A stretch of 64,000 bases of DNA from Candidatus Binatia bacterium (GCA_041496545.1 JBGQET010000004.1:19293-83292); one strand, 5' to 3'; counted from the first letter of the stretch, positions 20,219 to 29,168 are shown. Made by a program: numbers and translations. The notes: generated by a model from the sequence alone, not told the origin.

Positions 20219-21504
20219 CGCGCGTGCTGATCGTCGAGGACAGCCGGACGCAGGCGACTCGGCTCGAGACCATCCTCGGCGACGCCGGCTTCCAGGTGGA
20301 CGTCGCGCGGGACGGCCTCGAAGGCTACGAGCGCTGCCGGGCGAGCCGCTTCGACGTCGTGTTGAGCGACGTCGTCATGCCGGGGCTCTCGGGCTTCGAG
20401 CTCTGCCGCCGCATCAAGGCGGACCCGGTCACGCGCGACGTCCCGGTGATCCTGCTCACCATGCTGAGCGATCCGGGCAACATCATGGACGCGCTGGTGA
20501 GCGGCGCGGCGAACTTCATCAACAAGCCGTACGACCCCGAGTATCTGGTCGCGCGCGTGAACCAGGTGGTCGCGAACCGGCGGCTGCGTGCCGAGCGTCC
20601 CGCGGGCGCGGGGACGGAGGTCTTCTTCCTCGGCAAGCGGCTCGCGGTCGATTGCGAGGAGGAGCAGATCCTCGACCTCCTCGTCTCGAGCCTGGAGGAC
20701 ACCATCCGGGTGAACCAGAAGCTCCAGGCGAGCCAGGCGGCGCTCGAAGAGGCCGACCGGCAGATCCGCGCCCAGAACAAGGAGCTGGAGGCCTTCGTCT
20801 ACACGGCGTCCCACGACCTGAAGGCACCGCTGCGCGGGGTGGAGGGCATGAGCCGGATACTGGTCGAGGACTACTCCCAATCCCTCGACGACGAGGGCCG
20901 GCGCTACCTCGACCTCGTCCGCGACTCCGCGGCGCGCATGCACCAGTTGATCGACGACCTGCTCGCGTTCGCCCGCGTCGGCCGCCAGCAGACCCCGGTG
21001 GTGAGCGTCGACGTGCGGGCGGCCCTGAGCGACGTGCTGGCGACGCTCCGCTTCTCGCTCGACGAGGTGGGCGCGACGGTCGCCCTGCCCGCGGACGCGC
21101 CGACGGCTTCGGGCCACCCGGTCCTCGTGAAGGAGCTGTTCACGAACCTGATCGGCAACGCGCTCAAGTACCGCCGTCCAGCGACCGCGCCGCGCATCGT
21201 GGTGACGTGGCGTCCCGTCGAGGCGGGAGGGCTCGAGGTGGCGGTGGCGGACGACGGCATCGGGGTGCCGGCCGAGCATCGCGAGCGGGTGTTCGAGCTC
21301 TTCAAGCGGCTGCACGGACAGGACGAGTACCCCGGCACGGGCGTCGGCCTCGCGATCTGCAAGAGGATCGTCGAGGAGCACGGCGGCGAGATCGCTCTCG
21401 AGGAGACACCGGGCGGAGGATGCACGGTGCGCTTCACGCTGCGGGCGGCGGCCGTGGCGGCGGGCGCACGCCGGCGCGAGCCCGAATCGTCGTCGGCGCA
21501 CTGA
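20215..21504 (+). CDS. hybrid response regulator-histidine kinase (REC-HisKA-HATPase_c), terminal gene of the che-like operon
   Basis: ATGA overlap with cheB. REC (RVLIVEDSRTQ, VLSDVVMPGLSG), HisKA (ASHDLKAPLRGV), HATPase_c (NLIGNALKY, DDGIGV, GTGVGLAI). Confidence 0.8.
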   Translation: MTRVLIVEDSRTQATRLETILGDAGFQVDVARDGLEGYERCRASRFDVVLSDVVMPGLSGFELCRRIKADPVTRDVPVILLTMLSDPGNIMDALVSGAANFINKPYDPEYLVARVNQVVANRRLRAERPAGAGTEVFFLGKRLAVDCEEEQILDLLVSSLEDTIRVNQKLQASQAALEEADRQIRAQNKELEAFVYTASHDLKAPLRGVEGMSRILVEDYSQSLDDEGRRYLDLVRDSAARMHQLIDDLLAFARVGRQQTPVVSVDVRAALSDVLATLRFSLDEVGATVALPADAPTASGHPVLVKELFTNLIGNALKYRRPATAPRIVVTWRPVEAGGLEVAVADDGIGVPAEHRERVFELFKRLHGQDEYPGTGVGLAICKRIVEEHGGEIALEETPGGGCTVRFTLRAAAVAAGARRREPESSSAH

Positions 21505-21526
21505 CCTCGACGGCGAGTGGCGCTAC

Positions 21527-21943
21527 TCAGGAGCCGCTTTTCGGCGACTGTCCCGGCGTGCAGGGCATGCCCGGCGCCTTGATGACCATCTGGCGGTTGC
21601 CGAACTGGTCGAATCCCGTCTGGTCGGGCACCTTGCCCTTCGGACACTTGAGCTTGTAGCAGAACATCGGCGCGTCGAATGGCTGGCCGCCCGGGGCGCC
21701 GGGCGGGTTGCCCGCGGTGATGACCTTGTCGACGGGGCTGCAGATGAGCTTCGCCGGCACCTTGACCACGCAGCCGGATTCCTGCGGGAAGGTCCCGCCG
21801 CTCGGCGTCAGGTTGACGACGTACGCCGCCTTGGGCGCCGGGTCCTTCACCGTGTAGCACTTGAGGTGGTCGGCGGCGTGCGCGGGAGCCGCCAACAGCC
21901 CGGCGGCGAGGAGGGTGAGCAACGTCGTTGTCGTTCGCGTCAT
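21527..21943 (-). CDS. small secreted six-cysteine protein (paralog 1)
   Basis: Signal peptide MTRTTTTLLTLLAAGLLAAPAHA, then ADHLKCYTVKD...ESGCVVKVPAKLICSPV...FCYKLKCPKG...MPCTPG. High GC3. Tandem paralog immediately upstream. Confidence 0.6.
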   Translation of the reverse strand: MTRTTTTLLTLLAAGLLAAPAHAADHLKCYTVKDPAPKAAYVVNLTPSGGTFPQESGCVVKVPAKLICSPVDKVITAGNPPGAPGGQPFDAPMFCYKLKCPKGKVPDQTGFDQFGNRQMVIKAPGMPCTPGQSPKSGS

Positions 21944-21952
21944 GGCCGTCAA

Positions 21953-22389
21953 TCAGGTGTTCCCGGCCGGCACGTCGGCCGGGGCGCAGAGGATGGTCGG
22001 CTTCTTCACGGTCACCGTGCGGTCGCCGAACTGGTCCTTCATGCCGATCTGGAAGGTGTCCTGCTTCGGACACTTGATCTTGTAGCAGGCGTACTGGTGG
22101 ACGCGCGGCTGGCCCTGCGGCGCGCCGGGCGGGTTCCCACCCGTGACGATTTTGGAGATCGGATATCAGAGCAACGTGGCGGGCACCTTGACGGTGCAGC
22201 CCGTCTCGTTGGGGAACGCCGCGCTGAAGAGCGGAGTCAGCGTGGCGGTGTACGTCGCCTTCGCCGCGCTGTCCTTCCCCTTGTAGCACTTGAGGTGGTC
22301 GGTGAGGACGCCGGGTCCGGCCGTGGCCGTCCCGCCGAGCACGAGCCCGAGGCCGAGCGCGCAAGAAAGTTTGGAGCCTCGAGCGGCAT
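21953..22389 (-). pseudogene. paralog 2 of the six-cysteine secreted protein, interrupted by an in-frame TGA (22166-22168) at a conserved Cys position; pseudogene or candidate selenoprotein
   Basis: The segments ...DHLKCYKGKD...ETGCTVKVPATLL-TGA-YPISKIVTGGNPPGAPQGQP...CYKIKCPKQ...ILCAPA... align gap-free with paralog 1. The TGA falls exactly on Cys of LIC in paralog 1. No in-frame start codon lies upstream of the signal-like region; the nearest ATG (22387-22389) is in the -1 frame. Confidence 0.4.
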
Positions 22390-22623
22390 GGGGTCGCCTT
22401 CGTGGTAGACCCGCGGCGCGGCGTCGACGCCGATCTCCACCCCGCGCGTGAACACGCACATGCCCGTCGTCGGATCCCAGCCGCACGCCGCGCAGCCCGC
22501 GCGGCAGCGCTTCGGCTGGCGGTTCGGATCGCCCTGGACGCCGTTGGTGTAGTCGCAGCTCCAGCGCAGACCCTCGTCGCGGTTCACGAGCAGGAACGGC
22601 TTCGGGATGTCCTTGACGGGCAT
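22390..22623 (-). CDS. small Cys-rich hypothetical protein segment (78 codons, no in-frame stop before the next coding segment)
   Basis: ATG 22623. Product MPVKDIPKPFLLVNRDEGLRWSCDYTNGVQGDPNRQPKRCRAGCAACGWDPTTGMCVFTRGVEIGVDAAPRVYHEGDP has very high GC3. The frame then loses coding signal while another frame gains it. Confidence 0.4.
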
Positions 22624-22629
22624 GTGATT

Positions 22630-23140
22630 CGATCGCCTTCATGACCTTCGACGAGAGCTTCGCGCCTCCCTGCGGCATCCCGTCGCCCGAGCCCGCGGCC
22701 AGGGCCGCGGGTTGGCCGACGAGGCTCGCGTAGGACAGCTCCTCGTTGTCGAGCACCAGCTCGCCCTTGCGACCGCCTGCCGAATGGCACGAAGGCAGGG
22801 CGCAGCTCGCGGCGAACGTTCCCTGGATGGCGCGGAACGGCCGGATGCCGCGCCCGCAGGCGAGCGCCGCCTCGCAGCGGGTGGTGGCGGCCTTGCACCG
22901 GCGCGCCAGCACCCCGTCGGAGACGGCCGAGGCGACCTGCCGCCGCACGCACTGCATGTATTGTGGCAGGTTCGAGACGCCGGCGCAGTCACACGCCCGG
23001 GCGATGCGATCGCGGGCGGTCGCGATCGCCGCCACGGGACAGCTCGTGCTTCCGCAGCTCGCGTCGTCGCGCGCCGAGGCGAGCCCGACCGTTACGAGGA
23101 GAGCCGCGCCCGTGAGCGTGCCGACGATGGCTCGATGCAC
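22630..23140 (-). CDS. secreted Cys-rich hypothetical protein (gene X); C-terminus undefined because no stop codon occurs in its frame
   Basis: GTG 23140 gives signal peptide MHRAIVGTLTGAALLVTVGLASA, then about 150 residues with 12 Cys at high GC3. Coding signal ends near 22630 (KVMKAIE) where the MPVKD frame begins. Confidence 0.5.
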
Positions 23141-23640
23141 GCGTCCAGGCAGCCGTCGTGAGACGATCGATTTGGGGCGCACGCAGTGAGGAACGGATGG
23201 TGACGGACGATGGGGGTCGCTCGTGCCCGTCTTCTGGACCCGACGTTCCATGCGCCGCGTCCTGGTCCGAAGCATCGTGACCGGATGCGGGCGCCGTCGA
23301 TGCTGCGGACGCCTCGGTGCGAACGCGGAGATGCCGCGCGGGCCTTCGTCGACGTCCCAGGGGGTGGGAACGCCGATTCCCTCCCTCCTGGGACCGCCCG
23401 GTCCCTCCGCCCGCCCGGGCGGTGCCTAGCGGGCCTGTCGCATGTGCGCCACCAGACGGGCCTCGGGTTGGCGCTTGGTTTGCAACGAGCCCGGCAAGGA
23501 CTCGAGTGCAGTCACCATGACCGCAAACGGAAGACGTTCGACACGACAGATGCACACACGGGCGACTCACAGCCCGTTGCGACGATTTCCCGCCTCCATA
23601 TCGGGGGCGGCGGTAACCCCAGAATGGGAGGGTGGGAACA

Positions 23641-24033
23641 ATGGCTAGTCCGGTAAACGTTCGAAGCAATGCGGTCTATGGGACCGCGACGGGTTTTCAG
23701 GTGACCTGGAGGTACTTCATCCTGGCCGCGGTCGGCGTGTTCCTGATCGCTCCGGTCTTCGTCGACCGGAATCTCAACGAACCCCACATGATTCTGACCG
23801 TGATCCTGGGTTCGATGATGATCGCGCTCGCCGCTTCGAAGATCCTGGCGACCGTGGATGGGCGGGCGCTCCGCCTGGCCTTCGCCGTCCTGGGGGCGTT
23901 GTTCGCAGTGCTCCCGTGGCTCGCTCCCGAGCAGTCGAACCCGCTCGGTACGTACCACGTCCTGTCTCACCTCGTCTCCGGCGGGATCGTTCTCACCCTG
24001 TCGCTGGCGCACATCGGCGACGCCAACAAGTAG
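23641..24033 (+). CDS. small integral membrane protein (4 predicted TM helices)
   Basis: GGGAGGG about 8 nt upstream of ATG 23641. Hydrophobic segments FILAAVGVFLIAPVF, ILTVILGSMMIALAA, LAFAVLGALFAVLPWL, LVSGGIVLTLSL. Confidence 0.6.
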   Translation: MASPVNVRSNAVYGTATGFQVTWRYFILAAVGVFLIAPVFVDRNLNEPHMILTVILGSMMIALAASKILATVDGRALRLAFAVLGALFAVLPWLAPEQSNPLGTYHVLSHLVSGGIVLTLSLAHIGDANK

Positions 24034-24309
24034 GGTGGCCGAACCGGGGAGCCTGTCCAGGTACCACTCGGGCTGCGGCGAACGAGTGGGCCACCCAGAA
24101 CGGCCGGTGCCGCGTCGTGAAGAAACGACGACGCGCGCCGGCCGGTCGCCGCACACTCCGACAGCTCTGCACTTCGAAGACTCGTTGCGGTCGCTTGAAC
24201 GACGGACGAGAGCGTTTCGGCCTCATTACTTCTAGCCCGCAAGCGGCGTCGAATCGGAAGCGCGGCTCGAGGAAGCCCGGCTGGGGAGAGTGAGGTCCGA
24301 CGACAGGTC

Positions 24310-24984
24310 ATGCGGTGTCCGCGACGCCCTGACGTCCGCCCTCGCTCACCGATTGCCGACGCGGAGCGTCCCCACCGCCGGCGCCACCTGTTCCACGCCG
24401 CGGTCGTTCACGGCCACCGCGTCGACGGTGTACGTTCGTGCGCCGGGGCGCGGCCGGAGGGCGAGGGTGACACCCGACGTCACGCGCTCGCCGTAGTCGA
24501 CGCGAACGGCAAGCTCGTGGGAATGGTAAACGGGGCCTCCTCATCGCCTTGGCTCGTGGTCGGTGTCTTGGACTTCGGGATCACTCCTGTCGTACGACGG
24601 GTAGGAGATACCGTCGTGCAGTTCATCGTCGATGCTACTAGCTTGCAGGTGCCCGTGCAGGGGAATCCGATTCCCACTGACTTGGTGTTTCCAGCGCCGA
24701 ATTGTACCGGAACACCGTTGGTCCCCGTCGATCGATTCTCCCTCATCAGTGCCGTTTGGGATGAGGCTGATGTCTTTCGCTATGCGATTCTTCCGGGCAG
24801 TCCTCGGACTTGGGAGTCGATCGCGTTCTTCATCACAGATGGTTCACCGTGTTCAGGTACGCTGCTTCCGGGTGGACGATGCTGCGTGAACAAACCGGGC
24901 GGTCCCAAGAACCTTGCCGACACGGCGCTTTTTGACCTAAGCGCGATCGGCCTCGTTGTTCCGTTCCACGTCGAAGGGCCATAG
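24310..24984 (+). pseudogene. N-terminally degraded copy of the secreted-protein family represented by 36995..37750
   Basis: Residues from ALAVVDANGKLVGMV to the C-terminal GGRCCVNKPGG...LVVPFHVEGP align with 36995..37750 (VKDANGVLVGTVV...AGRCCTDGST...LVPPFHVETP). No signal peptide and no convincing start. The upstream GARPEGEGD looks like a decayed collagen-like triplet region. Lower GC. Confidence 0.4.
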
Positions 24985-25088
24985 TTTCGCAGGAAGCTGA
25001 CCGCCAAGAGTCTACGGTTGCAAACGCAAGCGCAGGGCGGATTCGCGGCTCGGCCGCGGTGAAGACCCCGAGCGACTCGGGATGCCCC

Positions 25089-25134
25089 CCGGACTCCCTC
25101 GCCGCCCTCGCCCCTCACGCCCCGGCTTGCGCGG
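25089..25134 (+). repeat. repeat family copy A (3' half only)
   Basis: CCGGACTCCCTCGCCGCCCTCGCCCCTCACGCCCCGGCTTGCGCGG matches the 3' half of the 99-nt repeat at 27612 and 36224. Confidence 0.7.
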
Positions 25135-25166
25135 CCTTGCGTCCTGGGAGTCAGCCTGCCGCGCAA

Positions 25167-25394
25167 CTACGACCGGAGATGCTGAAACGAAGCGCGGAAT
25201 AGAAGCCACAACACGAACACGAGGATCATGCCGACCCCGAGGACGGCGACGTTCCTTACCCACCGCCTGACCATCGCTTCGTAGAACTCGCGCCAGCCAA
25301 GCGTGAGAGGCGGCAGGAAGAGTGTCACGAGAGCCGCCCACGCGGCAGCGATCACGACCACCAGTGCGAGGAGCACGAACAGGCGGCTAGCCAT
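25167..25394 (-). CDS. small membrane protein (2 TM), hypothetical
   Basis: MASRLFVLLALVVVIAAAWAALVTLFLPP...AVLGVGMILVFVLWLLF. AGGGG-like RBS about 10 nt upstream. Lower-GC island context. Confidence 0.45.
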   Translation of the reverse strand: MASRLFVLLALVVVIAAAWAALVTLFLPPLTLGWREFYEAMVRRWVRNVAVLGVGMILVFVLWLLFRASFQHLRS

Positions 25395-25540
25395 TCCAGT
25401 CGCCCCTGCTTACACCTCTGCGGGCTCTACGGGCGAGGGCCCCGAGGGACCAACAAACGCTTGCCGGATGAGCCCGCCCCGGCGTAGACAGCCGCCACGG
25501 AGCGGGATCGCCCTGCTCCATCTGGGAAAGAGGAGACGTC

Positions 25541-26462
25541 ATGGTCAAACGCTCTTGGATTCGGAGTGCGTCGCTCGGAGCGGCCGTGATCGTCTGTGCG
25601 CTGCTTATCGGCTCCCCGCCTGTCCGTGCCGACGGCACTCTGCAGCACGTCAAGCACATCATCATCGTGATGCAGGAGAACCGCTCATTTGACAACTACT
25701 TTGGCGTGCTGCCGTTCGTGCCCAACACGCCGTACCACAGTGCCAAGGGCCGGAGACGCCGCGCGTGCGCGGCCAGCGACCACACCTGCGTCGACGGTCT
25801 GTCCTGCAAGATGAAACGGGGAACGCTCGTCTGCTCGAACGTCAATCGAAGCAACACCCATGGCGCCGTCAGATCCTTCCATGACCCGCGGTACTGTATG
25901 GGGCTGGACCTCACTCACGGCTGGGTAGCCAGCCATAGACAGGGCAACTTCTCGCACCCGAACAACATGCTCCGATCGAGCCCCAATCGGGGGTTTGTCA
26001 GAGTTGATGCGCAGGCCAACCCAGTAGATCAAGCAACCGATCACGACACGATGGGTTACTACACCGACGCCGATCTGCCCTTCTACTATGGTCTCGCCGA
26101 ATCGTTTGCGATCAGCGATCGCTACTTCGCCGCAGTCATCGGTCCGACCTTTCCGAACCGCGCGTACTTCCTGGCGGGGACCTCGTTCGGCCACCTGTCT
26201 ACGAGTGAGACTATCACCGGCGGAGGCTACAAGCCTCGGCTCTCATACGTCATTGCTGGCGCTCCTCGAGAAGCGCTTCTCGCTCCAGAGTCTCACTGCC
26301 CGGGATGCGAACGCCGACGATCTCGAGGACATGTTCGACTTCGACAACTCGCCGTCCGCGAATGTAGCGATCGGCACCGCACCACTGCCGATGCAGCCCG
26401 GGGATCCCAACTGCCCCTTCGGTGGATCGCCTGGCGGCGCCCTTGTGGATGGCGCCGGCTAG
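25541..26462 (+). pseudogene. phosphoesterase family (phospholipase C / AcpA-like) gene remnant with frameshift and internal deletion
   Basis: N-terminal signal peptide plus HVKHIIIVMQENRSFDNYFGVLP signature (frame 1 to about 26250), then a shift to another frame for the conserved C-terminal TARDANADDLEDMFDFDN motif (to stop 26462). Total about 307 aa versus 400-700 for intact family members. Confidence 0.55.
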
Positions 26463-26491
26463 AGCATCCCTCCCGCCTGCCGCGCGGCGGT

Positions 26492-27373
26492 TCAGCGCGC
26501 TCTGACCTCCCATGCGGGATCGACCATCGTGTCGCGGAGCTCCCACAGGAGGCGCCGGTTGTCGAGGTACCGCCACGGGTGGAAGTCGTACCGATGGTAG
26601 GCGGCGACGGCGCGCCAGCGACCCCGCAGCATCCCGCCGCGCCCGAAGACGAAACGGATGAGGTCCCGCCACGCGTGGAGGTCCTGCGCCGCGCCGGCGC
26701 TGGCGAGGATGCGGTGTGAGACCGATGGGAGCGCAAGGGCGAGGAGGACGACGGCGATCCACAGCCCGGCGATGCGGACGGCGTAGGTGTAGAACCCGTG
26801 GCCGCGTGCCGCGTGGAACGTGTCGAAGAGCACCGCCTTGTGCTCCACCTCCTCGTAACCGTGCCACCGGAACAGCCGGGCGATGCGAGGGTCGACGCCG
26901 TCGAGCAGCTCCGGCCGCGAGAGGATCGCGTTGCCGATCTCGCTGAGGAAGTGCTCGCCCGCCATGGCGACCGCGCTCCTGAGATCGCTCGAGGTCCAGT
27001 CGACGACCGCGAGCCATCGCAGCACGGAATCGGCAACGGGCTCGACCGGCACGCCCCACCGAATGAGCAACCGGTTGAACGCCGCGTGCATGCTGGCGTG
27101 GGCGGCCTCCTGGCGAAGGAAGGCATCGCCCTCGGCGCGCCGCTCCTCATCGGCGATGCGGGGCAGCAGGCGGCGGACGTCGTCGATGAAGAAGCCCTCC
27201 ACCACCGGCGCCATCACCGAGAGCGCCTCGAGGAACACCGTGGGCCCGATGCCGGCCGGGTGCCAGGCGCGCGGCACCTCGTCCTCGAGGCCATCGAAGT
27301 CGAAGCCGGGCCGCCGCGGCGTGACCGTGACGCCCAACCCGCAGGTGGAGGCGGGATTTACCCGACGATCCAT
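26492..27373 (-). CDS. predicted metal-dependent hydrolase (COG3687 / PF10118-like)
   Basis: WHPAGIGPTVFLEALSVMAPVVEGFFIDDV ... GYEEVEHKAVLFD pattern typical of this family; high GC3. Confidence 0.65.
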   Translation of the reverse strand: MDRRVNPASTCGLGVTVTPRRPGFDFDGLEDEVPRAWHPAGIGPTVFLEALSVMAPVVEGFFIDDVRRLLPRIADEERRAEGDAFLRQEAAHASMHAAFNRLLIRWGVPVEPVADSVLRWLAVVDWTSSDLRSAVAMAGEHFLSEIGNAILSRPELLDGVDPRIARLFRWHGYEEVEHKAVLFDTFHAARGHGFYTYAVRIAGLWIAVVLLALALPSVSHRILASAGAAQDLHAWRDLIRFVFGRGGMLRGRWRAVAAYHRYDFHPWRYLDNRRLLWELRDTMVDPAWEVRAR

Positions 27374-27472
27374 GAGTTCTCGCGTCCGGGGAGCATGGCG
27401 GCATTGTATCGGCGTCCAACAGCTCCTGCCCAGCTCGATAGATCGCCGCCCGGCGGACGTACAAACACGATT

Positions 27473-27611
27473 TCACACCCGCGGGCGAACGGCGATCGTA
27501 GGCACCGGCGGAAAGAGCAGCCCCGCCGGGATGGGGTACACCCGCCGCTGCGCCTCGACCACGAACCCCGCCGCCTCGAGCAGCGCGCGCATGCGCCGCC
27601 GCGTCGGCCAG
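27473..27611 (-). pseudogene. C-terminal fragment of a class I SAM-dependent methyltransferase fused to repeat-derived start
   Basis: The ORF 27473..27673 begins inside repeat copy B (MSDIEPFRELCGVVVPI). It continues into ...RRRMRALLEAAGFVVEAQRRVYPIPAGLLFP, resembling an MTase C-terminus, with no upstream catalytic part. Confidence 0.3.
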
Positions 27612-27710
27612 TAAAAGGGGCGGATAGGAACGACAACGCCGCAGAGTTCACGGAACGGCTCTATATCCGACATTCCGGACTCCTTCGCCGCCCTCGCCTC
27701 TCACGCCCCG
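27612..27710 (+). repeat. repeat family copy B (full length, 99 nt)
   Basis: GGATAGGAACGACAACGCCGCAGAGTTCACGGAACGGCTCTATATCCGACATTCCGGACTCCTTCGCCGCCCTCGCCTCTCACGCCCCGGCTTGCGTGG; 94/99 identical to copy D. Confidence 0.8.
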
Positions 27711-27716
27711 GCTTGC

Positions 27717-28142
27717 GTGGCATCGTTGATCGCGCTGCGCGGGCAAGGGGATGCCGAGCTGCGCGCGCTCGCTGCTCGCCAGCAGGATCCCGCCAGCCCG
27801 GACTTCGAGACACCACCTCGGAAGAGCGTCGGCATCATCAGCCTGTCGATCGACATCTGTCCGACCGGCCCGCTGGAGCGTCAAGCCACCGAGAGCGGCG
27901 GGTCGAGCGGCGGCGGCGTCACGCGCCAGCGGGCGCCACGCTACCAGAAGTAGCTGGTGCCCCGTCCGAAACGCCGTGAGATTCCCGACGTCGCGTTCCC
28001 CGCCGCACCCGTCTACCCGATCGGCCTCGCGGGAGGCGCCACGCTCGTCGGCGGCACCAGCGCGGCGGCGCCGGCGATGGCCGGCGCGGTCGCGCTGTTG
28101 ACGGCCGACGGTGCGGTCTGGCGAGTCACGATCGAAGCATGA
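27717..28142 (+). pseudogene. remnant of a subtilisin-like (S8) serine peptidase gene
   Basis: Two overlapping frames carry S8-like fragments, including the catalytic-Ser motif context GGTSAAAPAMAGAVALL (27957..28142). No intact N-terminal catalytic Asp/His regions are present. Confidence 0.35.
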
Positions 28143-28151
28143 CTCGGGGAG

Positions 28152-29168
28152 TCACGGATGGGCGCGAATCCAATCGATGAACTTCTGATACACGGGCTTC
28201 AACTGGACCGTCGAGAGATCGAGCAGGCCCCATCCGCACGACGGGTCGTCCTCGATGATGTTCCAGTAGAACGAGCGCTCGCAGAAGCCGGAGGAGCGAC
28301 ACGCCGCCAGTGTGTCGCGCGCCGCGCCACCGACGTCGGGCGGCGGCGACCAGGTGCAGCCCCTCCCGCCCTTGAAGTCGGAATAGCCGAACTCGGTGAC
28401 CCAGAAGCGCGTCACGCAGTACGGCAGGAGCTCGCTGCACCCGATCCATGACTCGGCATCGGAGAGTCGGGTCACGTTCTGTCCTGGCAGGTCGTAGAGG
28501 TGGATGTTGTAGAGGTCGATGGGGCGGCTGAGAAATCGCTGCCCGTTCTTCGCGTACGTGAGCCACGTGTCGAAGTCGGCCGAGTTGAAGAGTGACGCGG
28601 GAAGGATGCGCACGGTCGGGTCGATCGCACGGATGGCGTCGAACCCTGGATTCAACATGAGCTGCCGATATCGGGCGGGCGTCCCCCGGAAGCTCCAGCA
28701 CCCGTTCACCTCGGAGCCGAGCTCGTAGGAGTCCACCCGCCCCTTGAACGTCCGTGCAGCGGAGTCCGCGAGCTCAGCGAAGTACGCGGGATTGGCCGGC
28801 GGGAGCGCGGCCGGTTTCGGACTCGTGCCGCAGTCCCTGTCCGCAGCGCCGCGCGCCCACGTGGGCACCGGATGCTGAAGCGTCAGGGCGATGGAGAGGC
28901 CATGCGCCCGGGCAGTCGTGATCGCGCCGTCGATCAGCTCCCAGTGGAACTCGCCGCGGTTCGGCTCGATCACCTCCCAGGGGGCCGTCACGCGAACCCA
29001 GCCGAACCCGGAGGCGACGGCAAAATCGTACGCAGCCGGCGGCGTGGTCGGCGCGTAGTACGAAAGGTTCACGCCGTACGGAGAGGGGTTGACGCAGCCG
29101 AGCGCAGCGAAAGCAAGCGCGCCGAGCAGCAAGGTAGTCCCGAGACGGATGCTCGTCGTCGAAGCCAT
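28152..29168 (-). CDS. lipoprotein glycoside hydrolase (clan GH-A TIM barrel, GH5/GH39-like)
   Basis: Signal peptide plus lipobox MASTTSIRLGTTLLLGALAFAALGC. GWVRV near the N-terminus and the conserved nucleophile context FWVTEFGYSD. Confidence 0.7.
   Translation of the reverse strand: MASTTSIRLGTTLLLGALAFAALGCVNPSPYGVNLSYYAPTTPPAAYDFAVASGFGWVRVTAPWEVIEPNRGEFHWELIDGAITTARAHGLSIALTLQHPVPTWARGAADRDCGTSPKPAALPPANPAYFAELADSAARTFKGRVDSYELGSEVNGCWSFRGTPARYRQLMLNPGFDAIRAIDPTVRILPASLFNSADFDTWLTYAKNGQRFLSRPIDLYNIHLYDLPGQNVTRLSDAESWIGCSELLPYCVTRFWVTEFGYSDFKGGRGCTWSPPPDVGGAARDTLAACRSSGFCERSFYWNIIEDDPSCGWGLLDLSTVQLKPVYQKFIDWIRAHP

Noticed and set aside
22126-22143. GC hairpin downstream of the in-frame TGA as a definitive SECIS
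   Set aside because: Stable GC hairpins are ubiquitous at 70% GC, and the loop (GAAC) does not obviously match the conserved G/U apical-loop features. It is kept only as a weak supporting note, not as a feature.
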